Source of the DNA: an uncultured Acidobacteriota bacterium
Lineage (GTDB): Bacteria > Acidobacteriota > Vicinamibacteria > Vicinamibacterales > JAKQTR01
Reading direction: 5' to 3'
Length of the DNA stretch: 64,000 bases
NCBI GenBank assembly: GCA_963843385.1
Contig: CAWJJY010000003.1
Coordinates: 576,014 to 640,013 of the forward strand
Shown: positions 18,215 to 27,619 of the stretch, one piece after another
Numbering within the stretch: position 1 is the first letter of the stretch
Layout of the letters: the number at the start of each line of letters is the position of its first letter
Notes under the pieces: model-generated
The model's input: only the letters and a program-made list of their open reading frames with translations
Told to the model about the DNA's origin: nothing
Database searches by the model: none
Position numbers and translations under genes: made by a program

Positions 18215-19843
18215 ATGGCACAAGCTGTCACGCCCGAGACCGACACCGCTGTCCAGCCGTTCCCGGGTTCGTTCTGGACCGCGAATGTCACCGAGCTGTT
18301 CGAGCGCGCCGCCTACTACTCGATGGCGAGTTTCGTCGTCATCTACCTGGGCCAGCTGGGCTTCGGCGCCTACTGGCCATCGACGCTGAACTCGACCGTC
18401 CTCTGGGGCCTCGTGTATTTCCTGCCGGTCCTCTCCGGCACGATCGCCGATCAGATCGGCTTCCGGAAGGCGCTGCTCATCGCCTTCGTCCTGCTCGCCG
18501 CCGGTTACCTGCTGATGGGCTATCCCGTGTGGTTCGGCGGGACCGAGCTCAGCAAGGTCATCCGGCCCGAGGTGACCGTCGGCACCCGCGATGCGGTCGC
18601 CATCGTCACGGCCATTCTGCTCATCGGCATCGGCGGGTCGGTCATCAAACCTTGCATCTCGGGCACCGTGCAGAAGGTGTCGGGTGCCCGGGCCACCCTC
18701 GGGTTCGCGATCTTCTACATGGTAATCAACATCGGATCGCTCTTCGGCCGCGGCACGGCGTTTGTCGTCCGCAGCGGATCGGGCACCGCCACGATCCTTA
18801 TGGTCGTCGCCATCTGCGCGCTGGCCGCATTCGGCATCGTCACGCTGGTCCACCGGACGACGAAGGCGAACCGGACCCGCAACGACATCTGGGTGGCGAC
18901 CGCCGGGTTCACCGCAATCGTGGTGGCGGCGGCCCTCCTGGTCACGTGGATCTACGGCATGAACGCGGGGGAACGCACGGTGACCCGCGCCGCGGACCTT
19001 TCGTACATCTTCGCCGTGTCGGCCATCGCATCGGTCGTGGCGTTCTTCGTGGTGCTCTTCACCTACCGCGAGCCCGCGGTCGACGCGAAGGCACCGGCCA
19101 AGCCCAAGCGCTCGGTCGGGCGCATCCTGCTCGACATGGTGCTGGTCCTGCGAAGCGGGCGCTTCACCGTGTACCTGATCGTGATGACCGGCTTCTACTT
19201 CCTGTACAACCAGGTCTACAACGTCTTTCCCCTGTATGTGAAGCGGGTGATCGAGTCGAACCCCGCGATGGATCTCTACACCGCGGCCAACCCGTTCGTG
19301 ATCGTCTGCTTCCAGCTCATCATCTCGAGCACGTGGGGCAAGATGAAGCCCATACGGTCCATGGTGGCCGGCACCGTGATCATCAGCGCGGCGATGCTGA
19401 TCAACATCGCGCCGATCTACACGGCCGGCGGGCCGCAGGCCATCTTCGCCAACTGGCTGCCCATCGCGTCCGTGTTCTTCATCACGACCGTCGTCCTGGT
19501 GGCGCTTGGCGAGCTGTTCACCTCGCCGCGCATGTATGAGTACATCGGCGCGCTGTCGCCGAAGGGCCAGGAAGGCCTGTTCCTCGGGTACGCCAACCTG
19601 CCGCTGGCGTTCGGCGCGATTCTCAGCGGACCGGCCGGCGCGTACATCTTCAACGACGTCATGGCCAAGGGCGCGACCGTCAAGCCGGACGGCCTGCTCG
19701 AACTGGTGCCCGCCAACAACGCGGCAGGCTGGCTGATCCTGATGGCGATCGGCCTGATTTCAGCCGGCTCGCTGTGGCTGTTCAACCGGTGGCTGGAGAA
19801 GCAGCAGGCGGTGCCCGGACCGGCCGGCGCAGCGCAGCACTGA
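18215..19843 (+). CDS. POT/PTR2-family proton-dependent oligopeptide transporter
   Basis: The ExxERxxYY motif (TELFERAAYYSM) is present, with about 14 TM segments. The start is set at MAQAV (ATG 18215). Confidence 0.8.
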   Translation: MAQAVTPETDTAVQPFPGSFWTANVTELFERAAYYSMASFVVIYLGQLGFGAYWPSTLNSTVLWGLVYFLPVLSGTIADQIGFRKALLIAFVLLAAGYLLMGYPVWFGGTELSKVIRPEVTVGTRDAVAIVTAILLIGIGGSVIKPCISGTVQKVSGARATLGFAIFYMVINIGSLFGRGTAFVVRSGSGTATILMVVAICALAAFGIVTLVHRTTKANRTRNDIWVATAGFTAIVVAAALLVTWIYGMNAGERTVTRAADLSYIFAVSAIASVVAFFVVLFTYREPAVDAKAPAKPKRSVGRILLDMVLVLRSGRFTVYLIVMTGFYFLYNQVYNVFPLYVKRVIESNPAMDLYTAANPFVIVCFQLIISSTWGKMKPIRSMVAGTVIISAAMLINIAPIYTAGGPQAIFANWLPIASVFFITTVVLVALGELFTSPRMYEYIGALSPKGQEGLFLGYANLPLAFGAILSGPAGAYIFNDVMAKGATVKPDGLLELVPANNAAGWLILMAIGLISAGSLWLFNRWLEKQQAVPGPAGAAQH

Positions 19844-20020
19844 AGTTATTTCGCGACGCGCCGATACCCAAAGAGGGAGAGTGTCGGCCCCCCGCCACGA
19901 CCCGCACGACGGTACTGCCCCCGGCCCGGCCCCGCGACCGATCGTCGCAGGACGGCCTGTATGTGCTCGAGCACATCGACTTGATGAACCTGGAGGGGCG
20001 GTCAAGGCCGTCGGATCACT

Positions 20021-20710
20021 ATGACCACTCGATCGGCTCGTTCCCGCCGCATGGCCGCCGCGCTTGCCGTGGCGTGCGTGTTGGGCATGGCGTGCAAGAA
20101 ATCGGCGACCACGCCGACCAGCCCGGACGTCACCATCGTCCGGTTCGACGCGGGCGAACGGGTCGCAAGCCACGCGGTCAATGGCTTCGTGGTGGCGGTT
20201 CGCTCCATCCTCGCGACTGCTCGATCGCACACGCGCCTTGCCGTTCGGGCCGACCTCACCGGGCAGGCGATCTCATCGGTTCGGGATGGGGTGCTGCTCG
20301 CGCTGCCGGCCTGCGACCCGACAACGATCCGCTACTTCAACGCACAGGGCCAGGAGCAGCTTTTCTACGACCCCGCCACGACCACCCGGGCAACGGCCAC
20401 GGGCACCTGCGTCAATTCGGGCGTGACCACGATTGTCGACCTGGTCCTCGACGACATGCTGGCCTCGTCGCCGAGCTTTCTCGTCAACGGGACGACCCAG
20501 ACGACCTATGAGGGCCTCGTCGCTAATGGCACGCTGATCAACGTTCGCGTCCCCAAGGAGGGCTGCGCGTTTCCGACCGCCGGCGACATGACCATCCGCA
20601 TCGATCAGACCACGATCGCCATTCACTTCGACGGTTCGACCACGGTAACCGGGAGCTACACCGTGGCGGGGCACACGGTGACATTCAGCATCCCGCTGTC
20701 GGCCTGCTGA
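20021..20710 (+). CDS. Hypothetical lipoprotein
   Basis: Signal peptide with lipobox VLGMAC. The mature part is Thr/Val-rich and beta-type. Confidence 0.6.
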   Translation: MTTRSARSRRMAAALAVACVLGMACKKSATTPTSPDVTIVRFDAGERVASHAVNGFVVAVRSILATARSHTRLAVRADLTGQAISSVRDGVLLALPACDPTTIRYFNAQGQEQLFYDPATTTRATATGTCVNSGVTTIVDLVLDDMLASSPSFLVNGTTQTTYEGLVANGTLINVRVPKEGCAFPTAGDMTIRIDQTTIAIHFDGSTTVTGSYTVAGHTVTFSIPLSAC

Positions 20711-20757
20711 TTTCGATTCGGGAGTCCGATCCGCGCTCAGGAGAGCACGCGCCGTAT

Positions 20758-21283
20758 CTATGTTCCGCGCCAGCACCTCGGGGTGAATGGTTTCTGGAGG
20801 AAGGCGAGGCCGGGCTCCAGCTCACCGCCGCTGACCATCGGGGAGCCGGACTGTGACCCGGGGCGGGCGCTGGCGAGGACGCGCGCTGCCAGCTCGCGGC
20901 CGCGCATCCCGGGCATCACGACATCCGTCAGGAGCAGATGATCGGGTCCCGTGCTGCTCGCACACGCGAGGGCCTCGCGGGTGGCGCAGCAACCCGCGCC
21001 ACTCGGCGACCCTCTGTCCGGCGGGCAGCCCAGCTCGGACGGGAACCGAGCCAGGTCGCCGCGGCCCGGGATCGATACGACCTCCGGCGCGACGGTTCGG
21101 GAACGGCGCCGAGGAAGGAGGTGCAACTCGAAACACCGTCCCCGGCCCGGTTCGCTGTAGACCCAGATGGACCCGCCGCTCTGCTTGACAATCCCGTAGA
21201 CCGTGGCCAGGCCAAGCCCGGTGCCTTTCCCCCGTTCGGTGGGATGAACCCGAACGTGACAAGGCGGTTCTTCCTGCTCGTGC
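20758..21283 (-). pseudogene. Decayed 3' remnant of a hybrid sensor histidine kinase (HATPase G2 box plus receiver)
   Basis: RGKGTGLGLATVYGIVKQSGGSIWVYSEPGRG and LLLTDVVMPGMRGRELA..AFLQKPFTP are recognisable. The receiver pieces are spread over three frames, and a TAG sits just upstream of the G2 region. Confidence 0.6.
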
Positions 21284-21319
21284 TATCCTCTGTTCGATCG
21301 TCCGGCCGCTTCGGAAGTC

Positions 21320-22200
21320 GTGCCCGGGATCACGTTGATTCGGGGCACGTTCGCCGCCGGGACCCAGCCCGACGGCAACACCGTGATCCTGAGGGCGCGG
21401 GACGGCCTGATTGTCGTCGACACGGGTCGCCATGTGGAGCACACCCAGGCCATCCTCGACTTCGCCAAGGCCGCGAATGCGCCGATCCTGGCGATCATCA
21501 ACACCCACTGGCATCTCGACCACATCGGCGGCAACGCGATGCTTCGACGGGTGTATCCCGGTCTACAGGTGTTGGCCAGTGGCGCCCTCGCAAACGCCCG
21601 AAGCGGGTTCCTCGCGAGGTACCGGGGCCAACTCGAAGACGTTCTCCGCACCACCAAGGGACGAGCGGCCGAAAATCCTACCAGTCGGAAATCGGGCTGA
21701 TCGACTCGGCGCCTGGTCTTGCGCCCGACGTGGTCATCGACGCCTCGGCCAGCAGGATGATCGGCGGGCGCGACTTGACGTTGATGCTCGAGTCGCACGC
21801 GGTGACCGAGGGTGACATCTGGATCCAGGACGCCACAACCGGGGTGCTCATCGCCGGGGATCTCGTGACGCTCCCGGCACCGTTTCTCGATACGGCCTGC
21901 CCGAGCCGATGGCAGCAGGCGCTGAATCGACTGGCGAAGACCGACTTCGCGCTCCTCATTCCTGGCCACGGCGCTCCGCTCACGCGGCGTCAGTTCTCCG
22001 TTTACCGGTCCGCATTCGATCACCTGCTCGTCTGCGCCGGTGGTGGCACACACAAGAACACGTGCATCGAAGACTGGGTGAGAGAGACTGCACCCATTGC
22101 GGGGGATGCGGATCCGAAGTTCGTCCGTTCGTTGATGGACTACTACGTGGACCTTCTGCGGCGTGACCCGCGTTCGATTGCCGCACTGTGCGGATCGTGA
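21320..22200 (+). pseudogene. MBL-fold metallo-hydrolase interrupted by a 1-nt frameshift
   Basis: The N part (THWHLDHIGG, frame of 21320) stops at 21698-21700. The C part (..LIPGHGAPL.., frame of 20938) continues from about 21676. The junction is an A4 run at 21672-21675. Confidence 0.7.
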
Positions 22201-22421
22201 AGTCGATGGCCGGCGCGGATCCTCACTGTCAGCCTCGATCGGATCCGTTCCTCGATGATCGCTCGGGCAGGTGTCGAGAGTGTCTCGACCCGCGCGCCCC
22301 AGTTCGCCGTCCCGGGAACCGCCACCATAAAAGATGGATTCACCGCGTCGACGCTGAGGAAGCGGCGTCGGCCGTGTCGCACGATATCGGCAAACGTCGC
22401 GAGTCGGCAGATTCTACCGCG

Positions 22422-22895
22422 CTAGGTAACCCACCCACCGACCTGTACGAACAACCGGTCCTCCGGCGAGTATTGCCAGCACGTTGCGGTCGTCTCGTCG
22501 ACGAATCCGCACACGACGGTCGTGCTCCAGCGCGGGGTGATGTGCCCGTGGATGGTTTCGGATCGGCTGATCGCGATGTTGAGCTTCTCGGCCTCCGCTC
22601 GGCTGTAGCACGACAGGTCCGCACTGGGCATGAACGCGGCCAGGTCCTCCACGGTCGAATCCGGTTCCAACACCACGTATCTCCCGCCGCCAGCCGGAGA
22701 GGTCAACGCCACAGCGAACGCGCCGCGGCGGCCAGGCCGGAATTCCCCGCGACACCAGCCGGCTATGGGGCGATCGATTCTCGCCTTTGCTGCCAGCGCG
22801 GCCAGCTCAGGCGGCACCAGTGGAGGCGCTATATGCTGCGACTGAAACCCCGCCGCGGGCATGATCACGAAAACGAGAAGCTGAATCACAAGCAC
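22422..22895 (-). CDS. Hypothetical secreted protein
   Basis: GTG start with a hydrophobic N-terminus, 15 nt downstream of the preceding gene. I recognise no family. Confidence 0.5.
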   Translation of the reverse strand: MLVIQLLVFVIMPAAGFQSQHIAPPLVPPELAALAAKARIDRPIAGWCRGEFRPGRRGAFAVALTSPAGGGRYVVLEPDSTVEDLAAFMPSADLSCYSRAEAEKLNIAISRSETIHGHITPRWSTTVVCGFVDETTATCWQYSPEDRLFVQVGGWVT

Positions 22896-22910
22896 CCGTC
22901 ACACCTTTCG

Positions 22911-23567
22911 TCAGAGAGTCCCCGGAGTCCGGGTTGCCCTCGCTCCGAGAACTGACGGCGCGATCGCGTCGATCACAAGCAGCGCACCCGCCACCGGAAG
23001 GGCCAGATCCGCGCGGATGCCCAGGACAAACGCTGCTGAGCCTCCGGTAGCAGCCCACAAGATCGGAACGACGTACACAAGACGCGGGACGCGTGCCGAG
23101 ATGAGCAGCAGTCCAGCCGTAACCAGCGTCGTGGGACACGGGATTGCGAAGAGCGGCAGGCGCGGGTATCGAAGTCCACCAACGAGGCCCACGAAGGGAT
23201 AGACAAGCCCGTAGGACACGAGCGCCCACCCGAGGATGGTCCGCGCATTGCGGCCAACGTCGAACAGGCCGCGCTCTCTTGCCGCGAACCAGACGAAGAT
23301 CCCGGCCTGGACAACGAACAGCGCGCCAAACAGCGTCGCTGCAGGGTTGATGGGGCGAAAGAACAGCCAGTGGTAGACGATCCCGGACCACGCCCAATGC
23401 ACGGCCAGCAGACCGAAGAGGGATCTGGCCGTGATGCGGCCGCTGCGGATCCAGTGGGCGAAGAGTGCGGCCGTGACCAGCCAGAGCAAGACGACCGCCG
23501 GCCACATCGCGGCGTTGTAGGCTCCAAACACATCAAGAAATGCGTCGTGTGAAAAAGGAAGGTTCAT
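22911..23567 (-). CDS. DUF6064-like polytopic membrane protein
   Basis: MNLPFSHDAFLDVFGAYNAAMWP followed by about 6 TM helices. Confidence 0.65.
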   Translation of the reverse strand: MNLPFSHDAFLDVFGAYNAAMWPAVVLLWLVTAALFAHWIRSGRITARSLFGLLAVHWAWSGIVYHWLFFRPINPAATLFGALFVVQAGIFVWFAARERGLFDVGRNARTILGWALVSYGLVYPFVGLVGGLRYPRLPLFAIPCPTTLVTAGLLLISARVPRLVYVVPILWAATGGSAAFVLGIRADLALPVAGALLVIDAIAPSVLGARATRTPGTL

Positions 23568-23684
23568 TCTGCCGGCCCTTTCCTGTTCACCCGGTGCACG
23601 CGGCCCGATGGTGCGAGCGCGACCGCAGGCGCCGATGATGGCCGGCCGCGTCGGCTCGATACAGTTGTTGGGGGCGCTACTGTT

Positions 23685-24653
23685 CTACGAACCCGCCTGA
23701 AGCTCTTCGTAGGTCTTGTGCCGGTCCCTTCGTCTTGCCAGCTCGCTCGAGTAGTGGCGCCCGAGGCTCTCCCCGTGCTGCCGAACCCACTGGGACAGCG
23801 TCGTGCTGCCCGCAGGCGGTGAAGACGTCACCAGCAGATTCTGCATCAAGCCGGCAACTTCTTCCTGAGTAATCACCACATCGCGCACAACAAGGCCGAC
23901 GAGTCGGGCGAGGGCCACTCCAAGCCCAGGCGGAATCCTGACGATCGGACGCTCGCGGCCGATAGCCCTGCCGATGACAGACACCAGCTCGCGGTAGGTC
24001 AAGGTCTCGGGTCCAATGGCGTCCCGGACCACGTTCTCCGATGAGCCGGCCGCCTCCACGGCGAGCATCGCGAGGTCATCGACAAAGATCGGCTGCAGCC
24101 GGTAGTTGCCGTCACCGAAGACCCCGAAGACGGGAAACCGGCGCAGCATCCACGCGATGTTGTTGATGAGGATGTCTTCCTGCCCGAACAGCACCGTCGG
24201 CCTGAGGATGGCGTAGCACAGCCCGGACGCGCGCAAGGCGGATTCCAGCTCTGCCTTGCCGCGGAAGTACGGCAGTGCCGACTCGACCGCCGGGTTGGTG
24301 ATGCTGACATGGACGACCCGCTGCACGCCTGCCCGCCGTGCGGCCTCGAACATGCGCAGGGTGTTGCGCACCGCCTGCGCGTGCGTGAAATCGGCGTGGT
24401 CGAAACGAACCCAGTATGTATTGATGAGAGCTCGAGCCCCCTGAAGCGATCGCGCCAGTTCGTCGGGCTGGTCGAAGTTGAAGGGATGGGCCTCGACGCT
24501 CGTCCCGAAGGGGTTCCGGCGAAGGGGCGAGTTCGTCAGCGTGCGAACCCGCTTGCCGGCGGCGAGCAGCCGGGCCGTGATGTACTTTCCGGAGTACCCG
24601 AATGCCCCGGTGACCACAACGAGGCCGGCGACAGGGTCGGTCGAGCTGCTCAC
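23685..24653 (-). CDS. NAD(P)-binding SDR/NmrA-like (NDUFA9-like) protein
   Basis: Rossmann motif VVTGAFGYSGKYI, with an atypical-SDR layout. Confidence 0.8.
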   Translation of the reverse strand: MSSSTDPVAGLVVVTGAFGYSGKYITARLLAAGKRVRTLTNSPLRRNPFGTSVEAHPFNFDQPDELARSLQGARALINTYWVRFDHADFTHAQAVRNTLRMFEAARRAGVQRVVHVSITNPAVESALPYFRGKAELESALRASGLCYAILRPTVLFGQEDILINNIAWMLRRFPVFGVFGDGNYRLQPIFVDDLAMLAVEAAGSSENVVRDAIGPETLTYRELVSVIGRAIGRERPIVRIPPGLGVALARLVGLVVRDVVITQEEVAGLMQNLLVTSSPPAGSTTLSQWVRQHGESLGRHYSSELARRRDRHKTYEELQAGS

Positions 24654-24770
24654 AATGGCCTCACGACGGCGGCGGTCGACGCAGACGCTCCAACAGTGGA
24701 CGGGCTCCGTCGCAGGTTCGGATGAGCCGGAATGCTCACAAGGCCATCGGCGTCCGCTGCAGCGCCAAGT

Positions 24771-25415
24771 CTACAGTCCAAAGAACCCGAGCGCGAGCCA
24801 CTCCTGCAGCTTCGAGGCGAGAGGCTTCGCCAGGCGCTCGTTTTGCCCGGGGACGCGTATGCCGGGCTCGAATTGGCGCACCTCCACGGTTGCGTCGGGC
24901 ACGCCGGCGATGACATCCGTGGTATCCAGCTGGGACCAGCGCAGCCCCGCGCCGGCATAGAGTTGGCGGCGAACCCACTCGAATTCCTCCTTCGAGAAGT
25001 TCGCCCGGTTCATGGCGTCGATCTGCGCCACCTTTGCCTTCAGATACACGCCCTTGATATTTCCGAACACGCTCAGGGTGGCCGGGACCGACAGGGCGTG
25101 CGTGTCGCTCGCCCGCAACAGGTCCGCCTGCTTGCTCGCAAGCAGCGCGGTCCCGTTGGCGATCTGTTTCTGGACTTCCTCCTCCACCGCGCCGAATCGC
25201 GCCGCCTGCTCCGCGCTCAGTTCTCCGGAGATCGGCGGCAGGAACGCGCCGTGGTTCTGCAAGCGCCGTTCTTCGAGCGTTCGTGCGCCCGCGATAGCCA
25301 TGAGCGGCGATGCGATGGGCCGGTAGACCTTGACGTAGAAGATGGTGCCCGCGGTCGCCGCGACGAGCACGAGCACACCGGCAGCGATGAGAAGACCGAC
25401 TCCCAGTTTCTTCAT
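24771..25415 (-). CDS. Hypothetical N-terminally membrane-anchored protein
   Basis: The MKKLGVGLLIAAGVLVLVAATAG anchor is followed by a helical soluble domain. I recognise no family. Confidence 0.6.
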   Translation of the reverse strand: MKKLGVGLLIAAGVLVLVAATAGTIFYVKVYRPIASPLMAIAGARTLEERRLQNHGAFLPPISGELSAEQAARFGAVEEEVQKQIANGTALLASKQADLLRASDTHALSVPATLSVFGNIKGVYLKAKVAQIDAMNRANFSKEEFEWVRRQLYAGAGLRWSQLDTTDVIAGVPDATVEVRQFEPGIRVPGQNERLAKPLASKLQEWLALGFFGL

Positions 25416-25839
25416 GTCACGTCTCCCGGATCAGAAGGGCACGATCAGAGGGCGCCCCTGGCGAGGTCACATCGCACGGTCGCTGGGCCATTCCGCAATG
25501 CCCCTCCTGCCCTCTTCGGTCCGCCCAGACTTGCCGTTCGGTCGCGGCCTCGCGGTGAGTGTGCGGGTGCTTTTCGCTGCCGACGAGGCGGCAGCATGCC
25601 TCCGCAAACGCCCGTCGAATGTTCTCGCTAATGCGCTGACGCAAACGCCAGAGGGACCAGTGGCTGGCCGCGTCAATCGCTGCGCCGGAGGCAGCCTAGC
25701 ACCGGGTCAAATCTCGGCCAATAGCAGGTGCACGATTTCTTGGAAAGTATCCGGATCGATACATATCGAGGAGGGCGCGGTGGTCGAACTTGGGCCGTCG
25801 ATGATCGCGAAGAAATCGACCAGAGAGAGAAGGACGATG

Positions 25840-26022
25840 TCAGTTGGCCGGGCGGACTTCGGAAAACACGGCTAATTCCCGGGTGAGTGTCACCCGCGCA
25901 AAGGGCTGGAGCTTCCCGCCTTCCTCACCATCCATGATCCACTGCCACGTGTCGGTGGTTCTGTTGAACACGAACGTCGTGTGGAACAGGCTGCCGTCAG
26001 CACCCTTGAACAGGAACGCCAA
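25840..26022 (-). other. Possible 3' gene fragment (60-70 codons) with no credible start
   Basis: The sequence is protein-like (..FLFKGADGSLFHTTFVFNRTTDTWQWIMDGEEGGKLQPFARVTLTR). Only a TTG start is available, and the frame runs into the methyltransferase stop. Confidence 0.3.
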
Positions 26023-26060
26023 GCGCCGTTCGCATGGGTAACACTTCCAATCTTCGCAGG

Positions 26061-26780
26061 CTACGGGCAGGACTTGGCGGCAACGCGACCGACGAAGAGC
26101 CCGCGATCGGTCAGGCCTTTTGGATCGTGCTCGACTTCGAGCCCTGCGCTCCTGAATGCTTCGAGCATTTCCGGCGTCGTGAAGAGTCCGAGCTCGTGAA
26201 CCTCGCTGGCGAGCCGAGTACCGCCAGCATCCGTGATCTCATAGTCGAAGTACAGCCGCGAAATACGCCCCTCAATCTTGACGCGACTCACCCGCGTGAC
26301 CGACACCCCGTTGGCCTCTGCGGTATGTCGGGACACGCGCCCCTCATCGAGAACGCCTGGCACGAACCATGGCTCGACAACGATCACCCCGCCTGGCGCG
26401 GCGTGCTCGCGAAAGCATCCCAAGGCCTGAACGACGCGCTCCAGGGTCCCGAGATACCCGATCGAGCTGAACAGGCACGTCACCGCGTCGTAGCGGTGCG
26501 GCAGTCGGAATTCGGCCATGTCGGCCTGGTAGAACCGTCCGAAAGGGTGCTTCTGCTGTGCAATGCGCACGAACTCGGCATCGAGATCCAAGCCGTCAAC
26601 CTCGAACCCTCCCGCAGCCAGGCGCCGCGCGTGCTCGCCCGTTCCGCAGGCGACATCGAGGATTGACCTGCACCCGGGATTGAGCGATCGCAACAGCTGC
26701 GCGATCTGCGCGGCTTCGGCAGGGTAGTCCTTGAAGGTCGAATAGATCAGGTCGTAGAACTCGGGCGAGGCGGTGAACAT
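26061..26780 (-). CDS. Class I SAM-dependent methyltransferase, TylM1/DesVI-like
   Basis: FYDLIYSTFKDYPAEA, ILDVACGTGEH, CLFSSIGYL and VVEPWF resemble the aminosugar N,N-dimethyltransferase family. Confidence 0.8.
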   Translation of the reverse strand: MFTASPEFYDLIYSTFKDYPAEAAQIAQLLRSLNPGCRSILDVACGTGEHARRLAAGGFEVDGLDLDAEFVRIAQQKHPFGRFYQADMAEFRLPHRYDAVTCLFSSIGYLGTLERVVQALGCFREHAAPGGVIVVEPWFVPGVLDEGRVSRHTAEANGVSVTRVSRVKIEGRISRLYFDYEITDAGGTRLASEVHELGLFTTPEMLEAFRSAGLEVEHDPKGLTDRGLFVGRVAAKSCP

Positions 26781-26929
26781 CTGTCTGTTCCGGTGGCGGC
26801 CTGACGAATGCCGTTCAGCCGCAGGGGGGAAGGCTCATTGTCGCGCCGGAGGCCGTCCTCGTGCAAACGCCTGTCGGGCCGCGCAAGAAAGGCCCCGATC
26901 GGACAACCATGCTGCGCGGCCCCGATCGA

Positions 26930-27473
26930 TCACTGCCGTCGATACACCAGATCGGTGCTCTTTGGAACATCAGTGGAGCTGCGGGTCGCGACGGACACGT
27001 GTAGTCGGCCCTCCGGATCGAGCATCCAGACTTCGCCCCGTTCAGTCCAGTCCCCGCTCGCCGGAGTGAGTCCGGTGTAGGTGCCGCTGTAGATGGAGAG
27101 CACATCGTCTTTCCAGAAACGCCGAAGTGAGTCTTCCGCGGGCTGTCTGGAGCTACCGTCCTCGCGGATGCCAGGAACAGTCCCTCCATGAACGCCAATC
27201 TGATACGTCTCGGAGGTTGTCCGGTCGTCGAACTCCCGCGCGACCGTCAACTCGCTGAAGTACGGCTTCATCGGCTCGCCCACGCGCGTTTGTCCGGCTG
27301 AGCGTCTGGCGGACCGTCAGCGCCCAGGGGAACGTCGGACGCAGCTTCGACGGCGATTCCAGTGCCCACCGTCCCGAGAAGTCCGGCAAGTCCTGCGCCG
27401 CCGGTTGAGCGGTCGCCATCAGCGCCATGACAACCGGGCACGCCGCAATCCGCTTGATCACGCGCCGATTCAT
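26930..27473 (-). pseudogene. Secreted lipocalin-like hypothetical protein interrupted by a 1-nt frameshift
   Basis: GGAGGA SD plus ATG at 27473 and a signal peptide, running to ..FSGRWALES..ALTVRQTLSRTNARG. The sequence continues in another frame as EPMKPYFSELTVAREF... The junction is the C3 run at 27279-27281. Confidence 0.65.
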
Positions 27474-27619
27474 GGGATCCTCCACGACCTGCGCCGCCTG
27501 TCTGCCGGCGGCGGAGCGAGGGGACGGCCTGTCGCCCGCAGCCGTGTGGCGGCAACTCCACCATTATCGAATCTCGCAGCGCGCCTTGGACCAGCATCGG
27601 CCTCGACCCCTGATTCCCC

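Noticed and set aside
21244-21319. Tat-like start MNPNVTRRFFLLVLSS upstream of the MBL gene.
   Set aside because: It is in a different frame from the HxHxDH half, so two compensating frameshifts would be needed. It also overlaps the kinase remnant. I cannot distinguish chance from a real signal peptide without orthologues.
25756-25875. Palindrome TCGATA-N2-TATCGA followed by a GGAGGG SD and a 31-codon basic ORF (GTG at 25780).
   Set aside because: The ORF is very short and unconserved-looking, and it overlaps the 3' end of the minus-strand fragment. There is no supporting motif, so the evidence is too weak to call an sORF or operator.
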